From a virus (lineage: Duplodnaviria > Caudoviricetes), in the IMG/VR virus record IMGVR_UViG_3300021170_000017, positions 1,545-65,544 of that record: a DNA stretch of 64,000 nt; one strand, given 5' to 3'. A program made the translations under genes and the position numbers. Within the stretch, counting starts at the first letter, position 1. The number at the start of each line of letters is the position of its first letter. Shown piece by piece: positions 25,641-33,399 of this stretch. The notes beneath the pieces were generated by a model. It searched no databases. It was not told the DNA's origin and saw only the letters and a list, made by a program, of their open reading frames with translations.

Positions 25641-25868
25641 ATGAAGTCTATGCGCACCATTGCGGTCGAGATTCGTCACAACGACGAGGCGCTCGGCCGT
25701 GTCTATCACAATGGCGCGGTCGAAGTGCACGATGAGGTGCCGGGCGCTGAACCCCGTTTCTGGATCGGCGCGCGTGCCTGGCACGCCGGCATGCACTCAC
25801 GCATACCGCTTAGCCGGAAGTTTCTTCCAAGCCCAGGGCGACACATCGTCCCGTTCGTCATCCGGTAA
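25641..25868 (+). CDS. Possible leaderless small gene antisense to the terL 3' end
   Basis: Extended -10 TGgTAGAAT (25624..25632) lies 8 nt before the ATG; 75-aa ORF. Confidence 0.35.
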   Translation: MKSMRTIAVEIRHNDEALGRVYHNGAVEVHDEVPGAEPRFWIGARAWHAGMHSRIPLSRKFLPSPGRHIVPFVIR

Positions 25869-27467
25869 CTGCAAGTCATGGTAGCGCCGGGCGTACATCC
25901 AGACGATGACGCAGGTGGAGACATAGTCGTCGTGGTCACCGTTCGGGAACTTGGAGCACTCCTCCATGACCGCGTAGGAGAACGGCCGCGGCGGGTACCA
26001 GACGCAGCCCTTCTCGAGCATCAGGGACGCCGAGTTCGCGCGGGCCACGAGATCCCCTTCCTTGCCCTGCTTGCCGGATGACCCCGAGAGCTTGACGCCC
26101 TTGATCGGCAGGCGCTTCTTGCGCAGCTCCTGGATCAGGCTGTGCCCGGAGACCTTCTTTTCGATCAAGATCAGGTTCGGGGCGAACTCCAAGTTCATCT
26201 CGATGGCTTTCTTGCGCAGGTCCGGATAGCTATAGCGCTCCTGGACTGCGTCGAGCAGCATGATGCTGGTGCGCGTCTGCCCGAGCACGGGCTTGCCCGT
26301 ATTCTTGTCCATGAACTGTTCGGTGTAACTGAACGTCCCCCAGGTCGTGCAGGCCGAGAAGTCATCCTGCTCCTCCTCCTCGAGCGCGGTGTCCCACACC
26401 TGGATGATCTGGTCGAAGCGCGGCATGGGGCGCTCCTCGCCGGCGTTCGCCCGCCATTGCGGCTGCACCCACGGCCGCCACCAGTGACGCTTCAAGATCA
26501 AGCCGCCTGTGCCCGCGGGGCGCTGGTTGTGCTGCGCCTGCCAGGCGGCCTCCGACATGATCCGTTTCTCGGCGTTGACGGTCTTCGCCGACATGCGCTT
26601 GGGGTCCAGGACTTCGCGCTCCTGGGTCCGCGGGTCCTCGAAGATGGGCTTGGCGTCAGGGAGGGGCCCGTCGCCTTTGTTCAAAAACGTGATGGTCTTG
26701 CGGGCCGGGTCGTACTCCTGGGGGATGATGAAATGGCACCAACGGCTGCCCTCTTGCTCGAGGACGTGGCCGAAGATGTCCATGTCGTGCGTGCGCTGAC
26801 CCACGTACACCTTGCGGGCCTGGTCGGGGTTGTTCAGACGCGAGCGCCAGGCGTTGTCGTGCCAGGCCAAGGCGTTATGGCGGGTCTTGTCCGACTCGAT
26901 CTTCTTGGCGTCGTGCGGGTCGTCGAGAATCTGAATGGTGCCGCCGACACCCGTGATGCGGCCCTGCAGGGAGCCGATCATCCGGTAGCCGCCCTTGCGG
27001 TTGCGGTACATGCCGGCGGTGTTCTCGTCGTCGTAGAGTTCGATTTCCCCTGGGTATTGCGTCTTCCACCACTCGGACTCGATGAGGCGGCGGGAGAGAA
27101 TCGAGGCATCGCGCGCGAGCTGGTCGTCGACGCCGGCGGAGAGGAACTGCTCACCGGGTTCGTGCAGCCAGTGCCAGTCGGGCCAGAGCACGGAGACCAG
27201 CATGGTCTTCGACATGCGCGGCGGGACGTTGATCATCAGGAACCGGATCTCGCCTAAGGTCACGTAGGCTAAGTGATCGCAGATGGCGTCCATGTGCCAG
27301 TTCCACACCATCTTCTGCGGCTGCAGCGTCGCCCAGGCGCGCTTCGCGAATGTGCGTAACGAGCGGCGCGCCTCTTCGGCGGCGACTTGGGTCAGGTAGG
27401 CGCGGACGTGGCCAGGGGTGAGTTCCGCACGAGGCGGCAGCAAATCGCCGGAGAGCAGTTCGTACAT
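25797..27467 (-). CDS. terL: Terminase large subunit
   Basis: INVPPRMSKT Walker A, ILDDPH Walker B, VGQRTH, QVWDTA, DDFSACTTWG, LIEKKVSG, FPNGDHDDYV. Confidence 0.95.
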   Translation of the reverse strand: MYELLSGDLLPPRAELTPGHVRAYLTQVAAEEARRSLRTFAKRAWATLQPQKMVWNWHMDAICDHLAYVTLGEIRFLMINVPPRMSKTMLVSVLWPDWHWLHEPGEQFLSAGVDDQLARDASILSRRLIESEWWKTQYPGEIELYDDENTAGMYRNRKGGYRMIGSLQGRITGVGGTIQILDDPHDAKKIESDKTRHNALAWHDNAWRSRLNNPDQARKVYVGQRTHDMDIFGHVLEQEGSRWCHFIIPQEYDPARKTITFLNKGDGPLPDAKPIFEDPRTQEREVLDPKRMSAKTVNAEKRIMSEAAWQAQHNQRPAGTGGLILKRHWWRPWVQPQWRANAGEERPMPRFDQIIQVWDTALEEEEQDDFSACTTWGTFSYTEQFMDKNTGKPVLGQTRTSIMLLDAVQERYSYPDLRKKAIEMNLEFAPNLILIEKKVSGHSLIQELRKKRLPIKGVKLSGSSGKQGKEGDLVARANSASLMLEKGCVWYPPRPFSYAVMEECSKFPNGDHDDYVSTCVIVWMYARRYHDLQLPDDERDDVSPWAWKKLPAKRYA

Positions 27468-27503
27468 CTACATCTCAGGCCCCTTGAGCCTGGCGGGTTT
27501 TAT

Positions 27504-27746
27504 TTATCGGTTCACGGGGTCGACACTGATCCGGATATGGACCTTGGCGGTTGCTGCCAGTCGAAACAGCCAATTGACGGAGAAATACTCGTGCCGGCCG
27601 CTCCTCATCCTCGAGAGACGCATCCAGGTAACGTCGGCAAACTCGGCGGCATCGGCCAGGGTGCGGAAGCGCCTACGCAGATCGGCATCGATCGCCCGCA
27701 TCAGCGCGAGCTTGAACTGCGCCTCGGTACTTAAGGGTTCGGGCAC
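27504..27746 (-). CDS. XRE/HTH_37 (HigA2-like) DNA-binding protein
   Basis: TLADAAEFADVTWMRLSRMRSGRHEYFSVNWLFRLA..IRISV. Confidence 0.7.
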   Translation of the reverse strand: MPEPLSTEAQFKLALMRAIDADLRRRFRTLADAAEFADVTWMRLSRMRSGRHEYFSVNWLFRLAATAKVHIRISVDPVNR

Positions 27747-28067
27747 CTAGCCGCCCGCCTTACTCACTACCTCGTCGATCGCGGCTTCGCGGGCCCGGCC
27801 GCCGCTGCCGACGGGGAGCTCGTCGGGGGTGCCGGAACTGCCGGAGGCTGCGGGGTTGTGGGGAGCAGGGTCGGAGGCGGAGTCGGCGCCAAAGGCGCTG
27901 CGGGTGGGTGGCGAGACGGTGCGGCGGCCACCTTGGCGGTTGCCGCTCGAGTCTCTGGGATCGCCCTCGGAGGGTACCGCGTGCTGCGGACCGCGGGACA
28001 CCGCGCCTTCCATGCCGGGCCGATGCGCCGGCTGATTGATTTCGCTTTCGTAGGTGGGATCGGCCAT
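27747..28067 (-). CDS. Disordered hypothetical protein
   Basis: AGGAG RBS; P/S/G-rich. Confidence 0.5.
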   Translation of the reverse strand: MADPTYESEINQPAHRPGMEGAVSRGPQHAVPSEGDPRDSSGNRQGGRRTVSPPTRSAFGADSASDPAPHNPAASGSSGTPDELPVGSGGRAREAAIDEVVSKAGG

Positions 28068-28128
28068 GGCGCGCTCCTAGATGATGCTATACGGGGCGCG
28101 TGCAAATATGTCATATCCCGGCAAGGCG

Positions 28129-28908
28129 TCAAGCGGAGGTCTTCTCCTGCACCGCGATGACACCCTCCTCGAGCGCGGCTTTCTCGACGTCCTCCGCCGT
28201 GAACCCCAGTCGCTGCGCGAACTCGAGACCGACCAGCGGCAGCATCTGGCGGGTGAGTGCGTGCAGTTTGCCGGTGGGCACGTTCTGGAACTCCAAGGTG
28301 TGATGGGTGTGCTTGTGGCTGTGGCGCTCGACGATGAGTTTCTCGGCGAACATGCCGTACTGCCTTCCTAAGCTGGTCAAGTACAGGTGCTGCTCGCGGA
28401 TGGTCGGCAGCCGGTAGGAGATGCGATCGCCGCTCGAGCTCGTGATCTCGACCACCGCCCGCTGCTCTGCGGTCAGTTCCGAGTAGGGCTTCAAGCGTTC
28501 GGCGAACACCGGCTTGCCGTGCCACTCGACCGTGCGCTCGGTCGCCTGCTTGGCGCCTTTCTCCTTGACCCACTCCGTGAGCGGCTTTTCGGACATTTCA
28601 TAGAACTCGGTCGGGTCGTAGAACACCCGCTTGACCATGCCCTGCAGGACCGCCTCATCGTCGATGGCCAAGCGCTCGGCGATGACCTTGGCCTTGGCCT
28701 CTTGGATGGGGCGCAGATAGTCGGCGAACTTCTTGAGCTTGGCGAGGGACAGGCGACTCGCGGCCGAGCGTGCAGTCGTGTAGCCGGCTTCGCGGTAGGC
28801 GCGGTCTTTGTCGAAGTGGTGCAGCCAGCGCTCGCAGAAGACCTTGTCCTGGTCGGTCTGGGGACCCAACTGCCGGGGGCGTTTTTTGATCCCCTTGCCT
28901 CGCCCCAT
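28129..28908 (-). CDS. terS: Terminase small subunit
   Basis: QDKVFCERWL..DKDRAYREAGYT..ASRL N-terminal HTH; LTSLGRQYGMF; upstream of terL. Confidence 0.8.
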   Translation of the reverse strand: MGRGKGIKKRPRQLGPQTDQDKVFCERWLHHFDKDRAYREAGYTTARSAASRLSLAKLKKFADYLRPIQEAKAKVIAERLAIDDEAVLQGMVKRVFYDPTEFYEMSEKPLTEWVKEKGAKQATERTVEWHGKPVFAERLKPYSELTAEQRAVVEITSSSGDRISYRLPTIREQHLYLTSLGRQYGMFAEKLIVERHSHKHTHHTLEFQNVPTGKLHALTRQMLPLVGLEFAQRLGFTAEDVEKAALEEGVIAVQEKTSA

Positions 28909-29177
28909 CAGCGCAACGCAGTCGCCCGCTCGGCGCGCTCCCGGTAGGCTTTGCTATAGGCGAGTACTCGCATCGCCGGTACCGCGTCCGGCAGTTGCCG
29001 ATACTTCCAGGGTGTTGCAAACCAACTGCCGTAGTCGATGAGCTCGATACCGACGGTGGCCATCAGTTTGCGCAGCACCTCTTCTTGGCTCACCGCGATC
29101 GCGCAGTGGCGGAAGGCGAGGCCCTCGACCTCGAATTCGAGGATCTCGCAGAAGATCGTGTCCTGGACCAGCCTCAT
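28908..29177 (-). CDS. Hypothetical protein
   Basis: Coupled 89-aa ORF. Confidence 0.5.
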   Translation of the reverse strand: MRLVQDTIFCEILEFEVEGLAFRHCAIAVSQEEVLRKLMATVGIELIDYGSWFATPWKYRQLPDAVPAMRVLAYSKAYRERAERATALR

Positions 29178-29413
29178 AGCAGGTGTTTCCAGGCCCGGCC
29201 CAAGATGATCTCGCGGATCCGCTCGTAACTCACGCCGTATTCCCGGCTCAAGCCGCGGTAGCCAAACTGGGGGTCACGCGGGACATAGACCTTGCGTATC
29301 CGCCGCACCTGGTGGGCGTACAGTTTGGCCTGCGGGTTGCGGCGCCCCTTCGTGCGCGCCCGGGAAAACGGGGTCGAGGACTCTCCACCGCTGCCTATAT
29401 GGATCACCGTCAT
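29174..29413 (-). CDS. Small HTH protein (HNH-associated C-terminal type)
   Basis: GRRNPQAKL..QVRRIR..LSREYGVSYERIREIILGRAWKHL. Confidence 0.7.
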   Translation of the reverse strand: MTVIHIGSGGESSTPFSRARTKGRRNPQAKLYAHQVRRIRKVYVPRDPQFGYRGLSREYGVSYERIREIILGRAWKHLL

Positions 29414-30036
29414 CGCGGCACGTAGCTCCGCAGGTAGGCGGTGATGATCAGCGCGGCAGCCTCCCAGCCGTTCGCCACCTCGCAGCGCCATCCCAGCGCG
29501 AGCATGCGCTCGTGAAAGGTCTTCTGGTCATCCGAGGCGCCAGGCCCGCGGGTGCGCTTCATCTCGAGCCAGAGACCCGGACACTTCGTCGCCCAGATCG
29601 GCACCGGCAGGATGTAGTCCGAGGCGCCCGGCTGCGTCCCCATGGCCTTCAACTTCCCCATCGTGATGCCGCGGGTCTTCTTGTCGGCCCCCAGGTAGGC
29701 ACCGTTGGGTACGTGGATCAGATAGTCTGAGACCAAGCCGCCGGCGAAGCGTTGCGTCTGCGCCCAGTCCATCAGCCAGCGGCACTCCTCGTACTCGAGC
29801 GGCACCGGCAACTGCGGCGTCCTCGCGCGTCTCGCCACTTTCGCCTTTTTAGCAGGCCGGATCTTCTCTGGCACCGGCGCCCCGTGGTGATCGCGCTTGA
29901 GCCCGTCGGCGTTCTCCATCGCCTTGACGGTCTCGGCCGGCAGCCCGCGGCCGCTGTTCTGCTGGAACTTGGCAAGGTTCGCGTCTTGGCGCGCCCGGAT
30001 GTCAGCTAGGTCCTGTTCGGTGTAGCGGTATGGCAT
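29410..30036 (-). CDS. VRR-NUC / PD-(D/E)XK nuclease (resolvase-like)
   Basis: HVPNG..KLKAMG..PGASD..LWLEMKR..SDDQKTF..LGWRCEVANG. Confidence 0.85.
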   Translation of the reverse strand: MPYRYTEQDLADIRARQDANLAKFQQNSGRGLPAETVKAMENADGLKRDHHGAPVPEKIRPAKKAKVARRARTPQLPVPLEYEECRWLMDWAQTQRFAGGLVSDYLIHVPNGAYLGADKKTRGITMGKLKAMGTQPGASDYILPVPIWATKCPGLWLEMKRTRGPGASDDQKTFHERMLALGWRCEVANGWEAAALIITAYLRSYVPR

Positions 30037-30392
30037 CAGCGCGGCACTCCCCTATTTTGCGTATCAAGGATGGCCTGCACTGTGTCGAGGCAGAACGCTA
30101 CCTCGGGCGGCGGATGCAACTGCAGTCCATCCTTGATTCCGATCCAACCACCGTTGTAGCGCTCCGGCCGGCACTCCATCAAGAATTGCACGGTCCTACT
30201 CATGGCCGTCAACTGGGCCGCGTATAGCCCCTGAATCTCCATGCCGCGCTCGACGACCTTGTAGACCCTATCGCGATGCGCCGGCCGCATCGCCGCCATG
30301 TTGGCCTTCAGCTCGGGGATGGCCATGGTCTGTCGCTGAACAAGCGCGCTGATCGCGTCGACGGACTTCAGCGGCAGCCCTTGTATCATCAT
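30036..30392 (-). CDS. Hypothetical protein
   Basis: Coupled ORF. Confidence 0.5.
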   Translation of the reverse strand: MMIQGLPLKSVDAISALVQRQTMAIPELKANMAAMRPAHRDRVYKVVERGMEIQGLYAAQLTAMSRTVQFLMECRPERYNGGWIGIKDGLQLHPPPEVAFCLDTVQAILDTQNRGVPR

Positions 30393-30655
30393 GAGTCGAG
30401 CCTCCGGAGTGTTTTGGGCGCCTTATGGCCGAACCGATCTTGCAGTAACACGCGCGTGACGATGGTGAGGTCCCGCCGGCAGTAGTCGTCGGCGATCTTC
30501 ATCCACTCGTTCTGCTTGATCGGGTTCAACTGATCGGCGTAGAGCTCGCGGTAGGCTGTGATCAGTTTCATGGCGAGGCGATCGCCCAAATCGGCGAGCC
30601 GTTTTATATGGACAGAATTCACCCGCTGCCACTCGAGCGTTTCGCCGAAGGTCAT
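30389..30655 (-). CDS. Hypothetical protein
   Basis: 88-aa ORF. Confidence 0.5.
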   Translation of the reverse strand: MTFGETLEWQRVNSVHIKRLADLGDRLAMKLITAYRELYADQLNPIKQNEWMKIADDYCRRDLTIVTRVLLQDRFGHKAPKTLRRLDS

Positions 30656-30708
30656 GCCAGTCTCGCGTCATATTGCGGATGGCGAGTGTAGCCTCTACGC
30701 TCCCCACC

Positions 30709-31008
30709 ATGCTAGATCTCGACCTCGAACGGTTCGCGAACGGCCTGCATCAGACCCGGGCCGGCTGGCATCTGCGCATGGCGATCCACGAGGCACGCAT
30801 AGCAGTCGAACAGATCGGGCGCCTGGAACGGCGCAACCACCCGTACGGCGCCAAAATGATCAACGACTGGCGGCGCACCTACATCAAAGCCTGCGAGAAG
30901 GCTTCAGAGGCCATCGACCAGCTCTGGGATAAGCACCAGTGGCCGGCCGATGGCGCGCGGCGCCGCGACTTCGAGTGGAAACCTAGACCTTCGGCTTCGC
31001 GGCGGTAG
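30709..31008 (+). CDS. Isolated plus-strand hypothetical protein
   Basis: 99-aa ORF filling the gap between lysis genes and 30655; no good minus-strand alternative. Confidence 0.55.
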   Translation: MLDLDLERFANGLHQTRAGWHLRMAIHEARIAVEQIGRLERRNHPYGAKMINDWRRTYIKACEKASEAIDQLWDKHQWPADGARRRDFEWKPRPSASRR

Positions 31009-31201
31009 TGGCTGCGGCTGCGTCGGCCGCCTGAATCGCCGCAACCAGGGCTGCATGGTCGGCTCCGTACTGCGTCAGGACCGCGTTCACGTCATTGGCC
31101 GACACCGGTTTGCCCTCGGTCGCCTGCTGGAACAGCGCGAGCAGTTGGGGCGCGGCGCCCAAGAGGCTGGTCAGCAATCCTAAGATCACCGCGGGCGTCA
31201 T
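30983..31201 (-). CDS. Small hydrophobic lysis-cassette protein
   Basis: MTPAVILGLLTSLLGAAPQLLALF; coupled to the lipoprotein gene. Confidence 0.55.
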   Translation of the reverse strand: MTPAVILGLLTSLLGAAPQLLALFQQATEGKPVSANDVNAVLTQYGADHAALVAAIQAADAAAATTAAKPKV

Positions 31202-31686
31202 GATTGCACCGCCGGCGGCGTCAACTTCACGGTACAGGCGTCGAACGTCTGGATGGTCAGCGGTTTGGTCGTTAAACACGCTGAGAGCACCGCCAGTGGC
31301 CCCAGGGCCTGGGCGAGGTTACCGGTCGCCACCCCCGTGTTGCCCGTCTGGGCGGCTCCGTACGCGACGTCCAAGGTCATTTTGATCGAATCCGTGATCG
31401 ACATGACCTTCTTGGCCTGCGCCGAACTGATGAGACCGGATTGCAGCGTCGAGGTCGTGGTCTTGATGACCAAGTCCTCGGCGGTCACGGCATTCGCATA
31501 GAGCGCATCAAACGTCTGTAGTGCCGTCGGCGCCGGCGTCCCTGGTGTGGCCGGGGGGACCTGACAGCCACTAACCGAGAGTGTGGCTGCCCCCAAGAGG
31601 GCCAGCACCAGGATTGGGAGTAGCAGCGGGGATAGCAGCCGGCGTGGCTGTGGCGGTCGCGGTAGCAGGTTTAGCAGGTGACGCAT
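31198..31686 (-). CDS. Lipoprotein (possible spanin component)
   Basis: Hydrophobic stretch ending in lipobox VSG-C; GGAG RBS; in lysis cassette. Confidence 0.65.
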   Translation of the reverse strand: MRHLLNLLPRPPQPRRLLSPLLLPILVLALLGAATLSVSGCQVPPATPGTPAPTALQTFDALYANAVTAEDLVIKTTTSTLQSGLISSAQAKKVMSITDSIKMTLDVAYGAAQTGNTGVATGNLAQALGPLAVLSACLTTKPLTIQTFDACTVKLTPPAVQS

Positions 31687-31975
31687 TCGGATCTCCAGGT
31701 TGAACGGACAGGGCAAGGGTCGGCGCCCCGGGGGGCGGCTGATTCGGGTCCGGCAGCGCCGCGGGGCGCGAGCGCGCGAAGAAGAAGTTCATCTGCAGCG
31801 TCAAGATGGTGATCAGCGCTGCGATGACGGAGGTCAAGATGGTCGTGCCGGTCTCGCTCAGTTGCGTGTGAAAGAGCACCAGCACGAAGACCAGCGCGAT
31901 GATGGCCATCAACAAAATGGCGGTGAACCCTACCTGGGCTTTGGCAAGCAGTAGGTCAAGGTCCGTCTGCTTCAC
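31571..31975 (-). CDS. Putative holin
   Basis: Two TM helices followed by MNFFFARS; downstream of the endolysin. Confidence 0.65.
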   Translation of the reverse strand: MKQTDLDLLLAKAQVGFTAILLMAIIALVFVLVLFHTQLSETGTTILTSVIAALITILTLQMNFFFARSRPAALPDPNQPPPGAPTLALSVQPGDPNASPAKPATATATATPAAIPAATPNPGAGPLGGSHTLG

Positions 31976-32142
31976 GTGGTCCCGTGCCGCAGCAACATGA
32001 TCGCTCCGATCAGGCAGGCGACGCCCAGCCAGCCAAAGTGCGGGGGCGGCCGCGGCGCCGGCGTGGTGAAGAACGTCCAGAACGCCTGGATGATGCAGAA
32101 CACCAAGGCGAAGACCAGCAGGATCAGAACCCAGTTATTCAT
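31972..32142 (-). CDS. Small 2-TM membrane protein
   Basis: Manual translation MNNWVLILLVFALVFCIIQAFW..PHFGWLGVACLIGAIMLL. Confidence 0.6.
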   Translation of the reverse strand: MNNWVLILLVFALVFCIIQAFWTFFTTPAPRPPPHFGWLGVACLIGAIMLLRHGTT

Positions 32143-32636
32143 GACGGCGCTCCCGGGACGGTGATATCAGCAGGCCAATTGCCAGTTTCTATCATGGTCT
32201 CGAGGCGTCCGGCTCGGGCGGGGCCGACTTGCGATGTCCATAACTGGTCACTGCGGATCTCGGCGACGGCGGAAGCATAGTCTTGTTTCGCCATGAAAGA
32301 CAAGAAATGCGGCCAGCGCAGGAGCCCGGCGACGCCGATGTTGTAGGCGATATCAGCGAGCGCCACCTGCCGGACCGGGTCTAAGGCGGCGTACCAGACG
32401 AGATACTTGGCAAGCCCGGCTTGCACCTTGGCAATCCGGTTCTGCTCAATGAACTGCAGTTCCACGGCGTCGAAGCCGGTCATGAGATTGATGCCGATGC
32501 CGGCCGAGAGGTTGCCCTTGAGTGTGTCGCCCTTCTGGAATGTCTTGCCGGTGGCGTCATCGTAGATGTACTGCCGGTCGCCCTCCTCGACCTCGAGTTC
32601 GGCGTCCAAGTGTTCAATCGGTGTGGGTGTGTTCAT
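32139..32636 (-). CDS. Endolysin, GH24/T4-lysozyme-like
   Basis: EEGDRQYIYDDATG..GIGINL..RQVALADIAYNIG..WTSQVGPARAGRL..MIETG. Confidence 0.88.
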   Translation of the reverse strand: MNTPTPIEHLDAELEVEEGDRQYIYDDATGKTFQKGDTLKGNLSAGIGINLMTGFDAVELQFIEQNRIAKVQAGLAKYLVWYAALDPVRQVALADIAYNIGVAGLLRWPHFLSFMAKQDYASAVAEIRSDQLWTSQVGPARAGRLETMIETGNWPADITVPGAPS

Positions 32637-33064
32637 GCGTGCCTCGTGAATGCAAAAACGGCGGATGCGATCGCGGCGGCGATCGAAATGACAGACACCA
32701 GCATCAGCCAACCCTGGTGCAGACCGACACCCTGGTCCTGCCGGCTGTTGACCCGCTTGGTGAGTTCTTCGATCTTGTCAGAGAGCACCCGGAAGGATTG
32801 CTCGGCTTCGCTGCGCGGCATGAGGAGGCGAGCCGAGTCGGCGAGCGCACCGCGGAATTCGTTCATCGACTCGAAGCGCTTCTCGCTCGCCGACTCCGCC
32901 TTGGTCACCGCCCGATCGGCCGCGGCCAGGGCGGCAGAGACCGCCTTCTCGGCGGCGGCGAGCGCGGCGGCCACCGCCTTTTCCTGGGCGTCGAACCGCA
33001 TGTCGACGTACTGCTCGAGGGAGATGTACTCGCCCGCGAGCGGCGCTTTTTGCGGGTCGCTCAT
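32633..33064 (-). CDS. Coiled-coil protein with C-terminal TM helix (lysis region)
   Basis: AEKAV repeats, EKRFESMNEFRGAL, C-terminal hydrophobic helix. Confidence 0.65.
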   Translation of the reverse strand: MSDPQKAPLAGEYISLEQYVDMRFDAQEKAVAAALAAAEKAVSAALAAADRAVTKAESASEKRFESMNEFRGALADSARLLMPRSEAEQSFRVLSDKIEELTKRVNSRQDQGVGLHQGWLMLVSVISIAAAIASAVFAFTRHA

Positions 33065-33399
33065 CGGCGCACCGGGTCGCTCGAGCGGGTACGTGCACCG
33101 GTGGAACGATAGGGGATCTCATCGATCCGCTCGTGGATACGCGACAGGCCGTCCTCGATGCGCTCGAGCTTGCGGGTGTTCTCGCTGTGCATGGCGGTGC
33201 GCGCCTGGGAGATGCTGTCCAGGTGCCGGGTCAACTCCTCCCGGGTCACATAGGTGGAGAGCAACTGCGTGTGTCCGTCCTGCAGGTCATCGATTTTCTT
33301 GCGGTAGATCGCGGCAAGCGCGCTCAACAAACCCACGAAGCCTCCGAGCAGCCAGTTGATGATGGTCTGAGTCGTTGAATCGGGTGTGACAGGTTCCAT
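33061..33399 (-). CDS. N-terminal TM plus coiled-coil protein (holin/antiholin-like)
   Basis: IINWLLGGFVGLLSALAAIY..YVTREEL..KLERIE..RIDE. Confidence 0.6.
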   Translation of the reverse strand: MEPVTPDSTTQTIINWLLGGFVGLLSALAAIYRKKIDDLQDGHTQLLSTYVTREELTRHLDSISQARTAMHSENTRKLERIEDGLSRIHERIDEIPYRSTGARTRSSDPVRR

